Shown here piece by piece: positions 18,933 to 26,999 of a stretch of DNA of 64,000 nucleotides; within the stretch, counting starts at the first letter, position 1, and every line of letters starts with the position of its first letter. Both the position numbers and the translations under genes were made by a program. Origin of the DNA: Candidatus Komeilibacteria bacterium. Its GTDB lineage: Bacteria > Patescibacteriota > Patescibacteriia > UBA1558. The notes beneath the pieces are model-generated. The model saw nothing but the letters and a program-made list of their open reading frames with translations, made no database searches and was not told where the DNA came from. Location of the stretch: NCBI GenBank assembly GCA_048538235.1, contig JBLYPX010000001.1, positions 8,013 to 72,012 of the forward strand. Reading direction: 5' to 3'.

Positions 18933-20120
18933 ATGAAAGAAATATATTTAGATCATGCTGCTACAACCTATGTATTGCCAGAAGTTGTAAAAGAGATGTC
19001 GAGTTTTTGGGAAGACAGTTTTGGTAATCCTTCAGCTTTGTATTTTAAAGGAATGGATGCTGCTCAAAGTTTAGCACAAGCTAGAGGCAGAGTCGGTAAA
19101 ATATTAAATTGTAGTTCACAAGAAATTGTCTTTACTGGTTCTGGTACAGAGAGCGATAATCTTGCTTTACAAGGAGTTGCTAAAGCACACAACATTGGTG
19201 AGATTATTATTTCTCCAATTGAACATGATGCAATTATTAACGCTGCTAAATATTTAGAAACACTTGGTTGGAAAATAATTTATACACCAGTAGATAAAGA
19301 TGGACTTGTTGACCCTGAAGAGTTAAAGAAATTAGTAACAGATAAAACAGTTTTAGTAAGTATTATGTATGCGAATAATGAAATAGGTACGGTTGAGCCA
19401 ATTAAAGAATTAGTAAAGGTTGTTAAAGAAAAAAATCCTAATACATTATTTCACACTGATGCTTGTCAGGCTGGACCATATTTAAATTTAGATGTGGAAG
19501 GATTAGGAGTAGATTTATTAACATTAAATGGTAGTAAAGTTTATGGTCCAAAAGGCACAGGAATTTTATACATTAAAAAAGGAACAAGCATTAAACCATT
19601 AATCTATGGTGGTGGACAAGAATTCAATATTCGTTCCGGTACAGAGAATATTCCTGGAATTATGGGACTGGTTAAAGCTTTAGAAATTGCAGATAAGAAT
19701 AGAAAAGAAGAGGTTAAACGTTTAACAGAGCTTAGAGATAAATTAATAAAAGGTATTCAAGGAAAAATTGCCAGAGTTAATTTAAATGGTCATGCAACTA
19801 AAAGATTGCCAAATAATATTAATTTAACATTCGAAGATATTGAAGGGGAGGCTATACTACTTCATTTAAATGAAAAAGGAATAATGGCTAGCACTGGTTC
19901 AGCTTGTGCTTCACATAGTTTAGATGTTTCCCACGTTTTAAAGGCAATTGGCCTACCTTATGAATTGATTCATGGCAGTATTAGATTTACATTAGGAAGA
20001 AGAAATACAGATGAAGATATAGATTATGTTATTGAAGTATTGCCAGAAATAATTACTAAGTTAAGGTCTATGTCACCGGTAAAATTAGATGAGGGTAAAC
20101 ATCCTCAAGTAAAACAATAA
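18933..20120 (+). CDS. iscS: cysteine desulfurase (NifS/IscS class V aminotransferase)
   Basis: DHAATT, SIEHDAII, TLNGSKVYGPKG (PLP lysine), SGSACASHS active-site cysteine loop. Confidence 0.9.
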   Translation: MKEIYLDHAATTYVLPEVVKEMSSFWEDSFGNPSALYFKGMDAAQSLAQARGRVGKILNCSSQEIVFTGSGTESDNLALQGVAKAHNIGEIIISPIEHDAIINAAKYLETLGWKIIYTPVDKDGLVDPEELKKLVTDKTVLVSIMYANNEIGTVEPIKELVKVVKEKNPNTLFHTDACQAGPYLNLDVEGLGVDLLTLNGSKVYGPKGTGILYIKKGTSIKPLIYGGGQEFNIRSGTENIPGIMGLVKALEIADKNRKEEVKRLTELRDKLIKGIQGKIARVNLNGHATKRLPNNINLTFEDIEGEAILLHLNEKGIMASTGSACASHSLDVSHVLKAIGLPYELIHGSIRFTLGRRNTDEDIDYVIEVLPEIITKLRSMSPVKLDEGKHPQVKQ

Positions 20121-20138
20121 TTATTAAGTACTTTATAT

Positions 20139-20792
20139 ATGTCAAAACAAATTAAGACAGACATTCGTGATCAAAAGGGTCGCGGTTGGATATATTCAGA
20201 TATTGTAAAAGAACATTTCTTTTCACCAAAGAATTTATTCATGCCAGGTGAAGAAGAAAATTATGAAGCAGATGGTGTTGGTTATGTTGGTTCACCTGCC
20301 TGTGGGGATATGATGAAAATGTGGATCAAAGTAGATAAAGATACAGAAAGAATAAAAGAGTGTAAGTGGCAAACCTTTGGTTGTGCATCAGCTATAGCTT
20401 CAACATCAATGCTTTCTGTAATGGCTTCAGAGAATGAAGGCTTAACATTAGATGAAGCTATGAAATTAAGACCACAAGATATTTTAGAAAGATTAGGGGG
20501 TCTTCCAAATAGAAAGATTCATTGTTCTGTTTTGGGAGATAAGGCTTTAAGAGCAGCGGTCAATGATTATTTTAAGAATACTAATCAACATGATAGGATT
20601 ATTATCGAAGGAGCTAAGGTCGTAGATAAGGTTTTAAAGGTTACAGATAAAGATATTGAAGAGGCTGTTTTAGAAGGAGCAGATACTTTAGAAAAAGTTC
20701 AGGCTAAAACAAAAGTTGGTACTGGTGATCCAAGTTGTTTACCAGATGTTGAACAATTAATACAATTTTATAAAGATAAATATTACGGTTAA
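20139..20792 (+). CDS. iscU: Fe-S cluster scaffold protein NifU/IscU-like with C-terminal extension
   Basis: GSPACGDMMKMWIKV...WQTFGCASAIASTSML conserved scaffold cysteines. Confidence 0.85.
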   Translation: MSKQIKTDIRDQKGRGWIYSDIVKEHFFSPKNLFMPGEEENYEADGVGYVGSPACGDMMKMWIKVDKDTERIKECKWQTFGCASAIASTSMLSVMASENEGLTLDEAMKLRPQDILERLGGLPNRKIHCSVLGDKALRAAVNDYFKNTNQHDRIIIEGAKVVDKVLKVTDKDIEEAVLEGADTLEKVQAKTKVGTGDPSCLPDVEQLIQFYKDKYYG

Positions 20793-20809
20793 TATTAAAT
20801 AGTAAATAT

Positions 20810-22306
20810 ATGGAACTAATAACTTATGCAAAAAAAGTAGGACCAGCAAAAGCAGATGTGTTTTTCTATCCGGTCTTACAAAATGATCAAGAGATTTTAA
20901 AATTAATTAAGAGTTTTGGGTATGCAGACGAAGAAGTAATTTTAGCCAGGCTTAAACGTGAAAACTTTCATGGTAAAAAAGGTCAGTTCTTTTTAATTCA
21001 TAGTGAAGATGTAGCTATGGTTATTTTAGGGACTGGTCAAAAAAAGAAAATGCTTGCTGAAGATTGGCGAGAGGCTGCAGGAAAGCTCGTGCAATATTTA
21101 TCTAAGTATGAAGCAAATAATATTGGGATTGTTTTAAGCTCTTGGCTTAAAGGTAATAATGATGTGTATAGATTAGGAGTTTCTTTGGCAGAAGGTATAA
21201 TGTTGGCTAGTTATAGATTCGATAAATATCTTAATGACGATGAAGATGATATTAAAATAGATATAGATAAATTTATTGTGTATTTAACAGCTGCTCAGAG
21301 GGTAAAGTTTAAAAAAGGTTGGGAACAAGGTTTAATGATGGCTATGGGCACTATTAAAGCTAGAGATTTAGTTAATGAACCAGCCGGACTTATGACACCC
21401 GCCTTTTTAGCTAAGGAAGCCTTAAAGATTGCTAAAGACAATAAACAGGTGAGTGTAAAGATTTTAGAAAAGGCAGATGTTAAAAAATTAAAGATGGGTG
21501 CTTTTATGGGAGTTGATCAAGGTTCTGAAGAGCCTTTGAAATTTATACACCTAGTATATAAACCAAAAGGTAAAGCTAAAGATAAGGTCGCTATTGTTGG
21601 TAAAGGTATTACTTTTGATAGTGGTGGGCTTAATATTAAAGTTGGTGATGGCATGACGCAGATGAAAGTAGATATGGCTGGAGCTGCTTCAGTCTTAGGC
21701 ATATTTTCAGCTATTAATGATTTATCTCCAAAAGTAGAAGTACATGGAATTATTGCAGCTTGTGAAAACATGCCATCTGGTAAAGCATATAAGCCGGGGG
21801 ATGTTTTAACTAATATGCAGGGTAAAACTATTGAAATTGGTAATACAGATGCAGAAGGTAGAGTAACATTGGCAGATTCATTAGCTTATGCACAAAAACA
21901 AGGTATTAAAACTATAGTAGATATGGCAACCTTAACCGGTGCTTGTATGATAGCATTGGGTACAGATTATACAGCTCTTTATGCTAATAACGATAAGTTT
22001 GCTAAAGAGTTATCTAAGTGTGCAGATATTACTGGTGAAAAAGTATGGCACATGCCACTGGTTTCAGAGTATAAGAAGTTAAATGAAAGTAAAATAGCTA
22101 ATGTAAGGAATGTTGCTAATACTAGATATGGTGGTTCTATTACGGCTGCTCTATTTTTGCAGGAGTTTATTGAAGAGGGTGTTACTTGGTCTCACTGGGA
22201 TATAGCTGGGCCTGCGTTTGCTGAAAAACCATTTAATAGTTATACACCAGTTGGTGGTGTTGGACATGGTGTAAGAACTTTACTTACTTGGCTTTTAGAC
22301 TATTAA
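20810..22306 (+). CDS. pepA: leucyl aminopeptidase (M17 family)
   Basis: VGKGITFDSGGLNIK, NTDAEGRVTLADSLAYA signature. Confidence 0.85.
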   Translation: MELITYAKKVGPAKADVFFYPVLQNDQEILKLIKSFGYADEEVILARLKRENFHGKKGQFFLIHSEDVAMVILGTGQKKKMLAEDWREAAGKLVQYLSKYEANNIGIVLSSWLKGNNDVYRLGVSLAEGIMLASYRFDKYLNDDEDDIKIDIDKFIVYLTAAQRVKFKKGWEQGLMMAMGTIKARDLVNEPAGLMTPAFLAKEALKIAKDNKQVSVKILEKADVKKLKMGAFMGVDQGSEEPLKFIHLVYKPKGKAKDKVAIVGKGITFDSGGLNIKVGDGMTQMKVDMAGAASVLGIFSAINDLSPKVEVHGIIAACENMPSGKAYKPGDVLTNMQGKTIEIGNTDAEGRVTLADSLAYAQKQGIKTIVDMATLTGACMIALGTDYTALYANNDKFAKELSKCADITGEKVWHMPLVSEYKKLNESKIANVRNVANTRYGGSITAALFLQEFIEEGVTWSHWDIAGPAFAEKPFNSYTPVGGVGHGVRTLLTWLLDY

Positions 22307-22366
22307 TCTAATATACAAAAAGATAGCTACAAATAGCTATTTTTTTGTTGTTTAACTAATAAATTA

Positions 22367-22395
22367 TTGACAAACTATGCAATATATGCTAAAAT
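22367..22395 (+). promoter_or_regulatory. consensus sigma70 promoter upstream of DGR target gene (TTGACA-17-TAAAAT)
   Basis: TTGACA 22367..22372, 17 nt spacer, TAAAAT 22390..22395; ~150 nt leader follows containing a 13 bp perfect inverted repeat. Confidence 0.55.
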
Positions 22396-22552
22396 AGATT
22401 ATTAATATAGTTCCTTGAAAGGCTATGAATTTAAGATATGAAGTGAGTATTGTGAGTATCTATTACTAGGTTCTTACTATACTCGCTTCATATGGTGTGA
22501 AGTAAGTCGTTATCCAAAGCGATTTTGGATGTTTAATTACAGGAGGTGTGCC

Positions 22553-23317
22553 ATGACTAAAGTGGTGAGCCGTACTTTATCAGTCCATAAGGAGCACGAA
22601 GTGCTTCTTAAACTAGAGACCGCTGGTCTCAACGATGAACTTGCTCAGGCAATCATTGATTCAAAGAGTAATCAACTTGCTACGAAAGTAGTTGAGCTGA
22701 TCAGTCGCAACGGCTACGAACCAAGTGTCATTGAAGAAAGAGCCCGTATGATCATGGGCAAGAACTTCTTTGGTGTTGCAGAAGCAATCAAGCATTTTAA
22801 AGTTAAACCCCTTAAAAAGCATACCAACGCTCTTGCCAAAGTACCTTTTACAGAAGAAATACTTGAAAAGTGTAAGGATACGCATATCCTTATCGCAGTA
22901 TTTCCTTTATCTCTTCTTGAGATAAGAAAGGCTGCTAAAGATCTTTTCTACTCCTCTGAAGGTGGCTGGTTTGAGAGCCAGGCTTTTGCTCAGGAAAGTT
23001 CAGAACCCCAATGGTGTCTCATTCAAAAAACTCCAGTTAAAGATTCAACATTCAAAAACTGGAAAGAACAACAGGCTCTTCTGCTAAAGAACGACGAAAC
23101 ACCCCCAGCCCATATAATGGTCTATACCATTATTGGACATTACCTGAATACAAAGGAACGAATCTTTGAAAACATCTGGGTTCGTACCTCATCCGTGGAT
23201 TCGGATGGCTACCGTGTGGTCGTCGGTGCTTTCGATTCGGGCGGTCTCAACGTCGACTACGACTGGGATGACAACCGTAATTCTTACCTCGGTGTCTCCT
23301 CCGCTCGGAAGTCCTGA
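22553..23317 (+). CDS. DGR target (variable) protein; C-terminal 40 aa encoded by the variable repeat, C-type-lectin-like NNNW...DDNRN motif
   Basis: AGGAGG RBS 7 nt before ATG 22553; higher GC than genome; C-terminal 120 bp is a mutated copy of the downstream TR. ORF-track start 22529 is upstream of the RBS. Confidence 0.8.
   Translation: MTKVVSRTLSVHKEHEVLLKLETAGLNDELAQAIIDSKSNQLATKVVELISRNGYEPSVIEERARMIMGKNFFGVAEAIKHFKVKPLKKHTNALAKVPFTEEILEKCKDTHILIAVFPLSLLEIRKAAKDLFYSSEGGWFESQAFAQESSEPQWCLIQKTPVKDSTFKNWKEQQALLLKNDETPPAHIMVYTIIGHYLNTKERIFENIWVRTSSVDSDGYRVVVGAFDSGGLNVDYDWDDNRNSYLGVSSARKS
23194..23313 (+). repeat. DGR variable repeat (VR)
   Basis: 120 bp, 110/120 identical to TR; all 10 mismatches are at TR adenines. 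Confidence 0.9.
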
Positions 23318-23336
23318 ATCTTGAGTTCTTGCTTAT

Positions 23337-23365
23337 CTATCCAATCCGCCTAGCGGATTGGATAG
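23337..23365. promoter_or_regulatory. hairpin immediately downstream of VR (12 bp perfect stem ctatccaatccg/cggattggatag, 5 nt loop)
   Basis: Seen directly in sequence, 24 nt after VR end; positionally analogous to the stem-loop/cruciform required for DGR homing in Bordetella phage BPP-1. Confidence 0.6.
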
Positions 23366-23757
23366 AATGACTTGTGCCTTTTGAATCCTTGAGTCCTCGT
23401 AAAAATTTTTGCGGGGACTCTTTTATTTTATATATACAGCTGTTATACTATTATTATCTTGCTAATGTAGATTCGGCTATTGCTTGATCTCGCGAGATGT
23501 CTCTTTTTACCCATATTGTATGGGGTTTGTTTACCAAAGTTTTAACTGCGGTAAGAGACTTTACCAGAATATCGTTGTTTAAGGATAACGATAGCGTGTG
23601 AATAAGAATAGAGATTAAACTTCTTATTTGTCTTTAGTGGAGATGTTCTATTATTAGGACTGCTCCCAAGTAAAATTCAGGAAGGAGAGAATATAGATCT
23701 GCATTGCAGGTGGTAAATCTCAACTTTTGGTGATGTGGATGAAGGCAAGTAATATTG

Positions 23758-23877
23758 CGTGGATTCGGATGACAACCGTGTGAACGTCGGTGATTTCGAT
23801 TCGGACGGTCTCAACGTCAACAACAACTGGGATGACAACCGTAATTCTAACCTCGGTGTCTCCTCCGCTCGGAAGTC
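23758..23877 (+). repeat. DGR template repeat (TR)
   Basis: Non-coding copy of VR, AAC-rich (encodes ...NVNNNWDDNRNSN... in VR frame); identical GC-rich 3' segment ggtgtctcctccgctcggaagtc (IMH-like) shared with VR. Confidence 0.9.
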
Positions 23878-23894
23878 TTTTCTCTATACTATTA

Positions 23895-23923
23895 AAAATA
23901 CTCTCCAATTAGGAGAGTATTTT
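23895..23923. terminator. hairpin between TR and avd 3' end (12 bp perfect stem aaaatactctcc/ggagagtatttt)
   Basis: Perfect stem with loop aatta; U-rich on both sides, so could terminate both the TR transcript (+) and avd (-). Confidence 0.5.
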
Positions 23924-23925
23924 AG

Positions 23926-24276
23926 TTAGTAGCTTTTGGTAGATTTTATCCATCCGCCAAGCATTCTACCTATTTCATCAACTAGCGTTTCAAGGGATAT
24001 GTATTTTTTAGAATCAATTGTTTTAGTATCTTTTAAAAGTCTTAAGAATATTCGTAAGAAGTTTAATTTAAGACTGGTTTTTTCTAGAATGGGAAGTTTC
24101 TCTGATTTTATTGCTTGGCTTGCCCACAGGATATTTTCAACAATATCTAGGATTATATTTTCACACCGTTGCCATGTGGTAAATCTATCTTGTTTAGGAA
24201 CACTGTTACGAAAACTGTGGAACAATTTGTATAGTTCATATGACTTTTTAAAAATAGGGATGTCAAAATCATTCAT
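23926..24276 (-). CDS. avd: DGR accessory variability determinant (Avd-like four-helix-bundle protein)
   Basis: 116 aa; C-terminal ETLVDEIGRMLGGWIKS matches Bordetella phage Avd LIAEVGRILGSWIAR; N-terminal YELYKLFHSF...PKQDRFTT typical of the S23-IVS/four-helix-bundle family. Opposite-strand ORF 23936..24283 is low complexity. Confidence 0.7.
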   Translation of the reverse strand: MNDFDIPIFKKSYELYKLFHSFRNSVPKQDRFTTWQRCENIILDIVENILWASQAIKSEKLPILEKTSLKLNFLRIFLRLLKDTKTIDSKKYISLETLVDEIGRMLGGWIKSTKSY

Positions 24277-24279
24277 GTT

Positions 24280-25329
24280 ATGAAAATTTATACTAATCTT
24301 TTTAAAAGAATAATATCCCTGGAAAATCTTTTTTTAGCGTGGGATAAATTTAAAGCCGATAAACAAACTAAGTCAGATGTACAAGAGTTTGCATTCTGTT
24401 TGGAAAAGAATATTTTTCAATTGCATAAAGATTTGAAGAGTGGGAATTATACACATGGCTCTTATACTTCTTTTTATATTCATGATCCAAAGTTACGTCA
24501 TATTCATAAGGCTGAAGTTAGGGATAGGGTTTTTCATCATGCTGTTTTTCAAATACTTAACCCTCTTTTTGAACCTACTTTTATTGCCACTTCTTTTTCG
24601 TGCCGAGTAAATAAAGGTACACATAAGGGAGTAGAGTGCGTGGAGAAGATGCTTAGAGTAGTAAGTAAGAATTATACTAAACCGTGTTTTGTCTTGAAAT
24701 GTGATGTTAAAAAGTTTTTTGACTCGGTTGATCATGATATTTTATTAAATATTTTAGGTAGAACAGTGAAAGATGATGTTGTTATGCGTCTTATGAAAGA
24801 AATTGTTGAAAGTTTTTCTAGTGGACGATCTACATTGTTTAGGTGGTGTGGAATTCCAATTGGTAATTTAACTTCGCAGTTGTTTGCTAATGTTTATATG
24901 AATGAATTTGATCATTTTGTGAAACATGAGCTAAAGGTTAAGTATTATGCTCGCTATACTGATGATTTTGTCATCATTCATAATGACATTAAGTATTTAA
25001 AAGGGTTAATTAGTAAGATAAATATTTTTTTACATGATAATTTAAGACTTGCCTTGCATCCGGGTAAGGTTTCCATAAATAAAGCTAGTCGTGGGGTAGA
25101 TTTTTTGGGATATATAATATTTCCTTATCATAAAATGGTACGCACCAAGACTAAAAATAGAGTTTTTAGAAAGTTAAGGCAAAAAATTAGAGTGTATAAA
25201 GTGGGAGAGTTACCCGAAGAGTCTCTTGAGCAAACACTTAATTCTTATTTGGGAGTTTTTTCTCACGCCAATGCTTTCGGGCTGGGTGAAAAATTGAAAA
25301 ACCAGTATTGGTTTTGGATAAATGAATAA
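24280..25329 (+). CDS. DGR reverse transcriptase
   Basis: RT motifs: FDSVDHDILL, GIPIGNLTSQLFANVYMNEFD (DGR-specific SQ in motif 4), YARYTDDFVI (YxDD), LGYIIFP; 349 aa typical size. Confidence 0.9.
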   Translation: MKIYTNLFKRIISLENLFLAWDKFKADKQTKSDVQEFAFCLEKNIFQLHKDLKSGNYTHGSYTSFYIHDPKLRHIHKAEVRDRVFHHAVFQILNPLFEPTFIATSFSCRVNKGTHKGVECVEKMLRVVSKNYTKPCFVLKCDVKKFFDSVDHDILLNILGRTVKDDVVMRLMKEIVESFSSGRSTLFRWCGIPIGNLTSQLFANVYMNEFDHFVKHELKVKYYARYTDDFVIIHNDIKYLKGLISKINIFLHDNLRLALHPGKVSINKASRGVDFLGYIIFPYHKMVRTKTKNRVFRKLRQKIRVYKVGELPEESLEQTLNSYLGVFSHANAFGLGEKLKNQYWFWINE

Positions 25330-25463
25330 TTTTTTTAAAAAACATTTTTATATTCAATGTTATACATAAATAATTAAAATGTCAATCCCTTTTTGATTTT
25401 ATACAGTCTAAAATTAATTATTTTAATAAAAACCCCTCTACCATGAAGAGGGGTTTTGTTGTT

Positions 25464-26024
25464 TTAGGAAGTTTTGAAGTAAATGTCTGTGAGTTGGCGG
25501 CCAAGTTGTTCGTCGTCCAGACCATAGCCGTGTAACCATTCATCACCATCGTATATGAAGCAGACTCTGTCATAAGCGCCCAGTCCTTTTTTTGAATGAT
25601 TGCGAGCCACAATTGCTACAATGATTACACGGTGTGCACCAGCAGCTAATAATTTCTTTTTAAGAAATTGAGTAGTGTCTCCGGTGTCAATAATGTCTTC
25701 AACCAAAACTATGTCTCGGTTTTTTACATCAGATCTCCACATGCTGGTAATTTTTGGAGCTACTTTTTTTTCAACACCTGGATAACTTGTCACACCGACT
25801 GCATCAATATGTACATCGATGTACAGTTTCCGATGAAGGTCTACTAGAAGATATTTTCCTCCAGTTTGAACCTCCATTAATATTGGGGGTTTTTTTGCTG
25901 TACTAAATTCACAACCTATCCAAGTAGCTAATTCTTCTATGCCACTGTTAATTTGTTCGTGGCTTAACCACTTTTTATAGATGCGGCCATTTACCTTGAT
26001 CCGACCATTACCTAATTCTTCCAT
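25464..26024 (-). CDS. hpt: hypoxanthine(-guanine) phosphoribosyltransferase
   Basis: PRPP-binding motif IVLVEDIIDTGDT; terminator aaaacccctct-accatga-agaggggtttt at ~25428..25458. Confidence 0.75.
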   Translation of the reverse strand: MEELGNGRIKVNGRIYKKWLSHEQINSGIEELATWIGCEFSTAKKPPILMEVQTGGKYLLVDLHRKLYIDVHIDAVGVTSYPGVEKKVAPKITSMWRSDVKNRDIVLVEDIIDTGDTTQFLKKKLLAAGAHRVIIVAIVARNHSKKGLGAYDRVCFIYDGDEWLHGYGLDDEQLGRQLTDIYFKTS

Positions 26025-26152
26025 TTTATTTCCTCCTAGTTATTTATGAACAATTAAGATAAGATAGTACATTAATGAACTATTTTAGTCAATTTTTATA
26101 ATAAATATATGACTTTGAAATATATCTAAAAAGGGTATATCATATATACACC

Positions 26153-26806
26153 ATGCTTAAGTACAAAGAGCTTACAATTGAGAAGTTTAACCACGATACT
26201 GTCTTAGTACAGAATGGTTTAATTATGTATTTTGATCCATTTCAGATAGATATGATAAATATGCCTCGGGCAGATATTATCTTTATTTCCCACCATCACG
26301 CAGATCATTGTAGCCCTGATGATATTGAGAAAATCATTAAAAATGACACATTAATAGTAGCAACAGATAATTGTAGGCTATTACTAGATAAATTTAGGCA
26401 GGAAAAACAATATATTAAGGATGGTGAAGAATTAGAGTATAAAAATGTTAAAATTTCTGCTATTCCAGCGTATAATATAGATAAGTTTAGGTCGCCAGGT
26501 CAGCTATTTCATAGTAAAGAAGATGGTGGGTTGGGATATATAGTTAATACACATGATGTTAACTTGTATTTTGCCGGAGATACTGATAATATACCAGAGC
26601 TTAAAGGGTTAAAAAATATAGATATTGCCTTTCTTCCAATTTCAGGTACTTATGTTATGACGGCAGAGGAAGCTTTAGAAGCAATTGGCCAATTTAAGCC
26701 AAAAATTGTCGTGCCAATTCACTATGGCAGTATAGTGGGTGATAGAAAACAGGCAGTCGAGTTACAAGAGCAAGCAACAAATACAAAAATTAAAATATTG
26801 GATTAA
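26153..26806 (+). CDS. MBL-fold metallo-hydrolase
   Basis: ISHHHADH zinc-binding motif and overall beta-lactamase-fold spacing. Confidence 0.7.
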   Translation: MLKYKELTIEKFNHDTVLVQNGLIMYFDPFQIDMINMPRADIIFISHHHADHCSPDDIEKIIKNDTLIVATDNCRLLLDKFRQEKQYIKDGEELEYKNVKISAIPAYNIDKFRSPGQLFHSKEDGGLGYIVNTHDVNLYFAGDTDNIPELKGLKNIDIAFLPISGTYVMTAEEALEAIGQFKPKIVVPIHYGSIVGDRKQAVELQEQATNTKIKILD

Positions 26807-26855
26807 TTGTCCACATTTGCAAACCACAACATGTAGTAGTATAATTCTTATTGAG

Positions 26856-26871
26856 GGCACTATATATTGTG
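26856..26871. promoter_or_regulatory. NrdR-box-like palindrome upstream of nrdJ (gcaCTATATATTGTGt)
   Basis: 15/16 match to the published NrdR-box consensus acaCwAtATaTwGtgt; a degenerate second copy ~33 bp upstream (26826..26835 core CAACATGTAG) is weak. Confidence 0.3.
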
Positions 26872-26999
26872 TTAGAGTCCAAAACAAAATTTCTTTAAAA
26901 CTCCAGAAAAATGTTTATGGCTCTATTTTTTTTCACTATAAAAATCTCTTAGATTAGCAAAAAAATTATATATATTAATAAAATAAAATATACAAATAT

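Noticed and set aside
23720-23908. Minus-strand 62-aa ORF overlapping the template repeat
   Set aside because: It overlaps the non-coding TR and reads the AAC-rich repeat in antisense (V/T-rich). It is interpreted as a chance ORF.
23936-24283. Plus-strand 115-aa ORF between TR and RT
   Set aside because: It is antisense to the Avd-like frame, which has a convincing match to the Avd C-terminal helix. The plus frame is S/L/F-rich and low complexity.
26739-26957. 72-aa ORF upstream of nrdJ
   Set aside because: It lies in an AT-rich promoter/operator region, has no SD and a low-complexity product. The region is more likely regulatory (NrdR-box-like palindrome).
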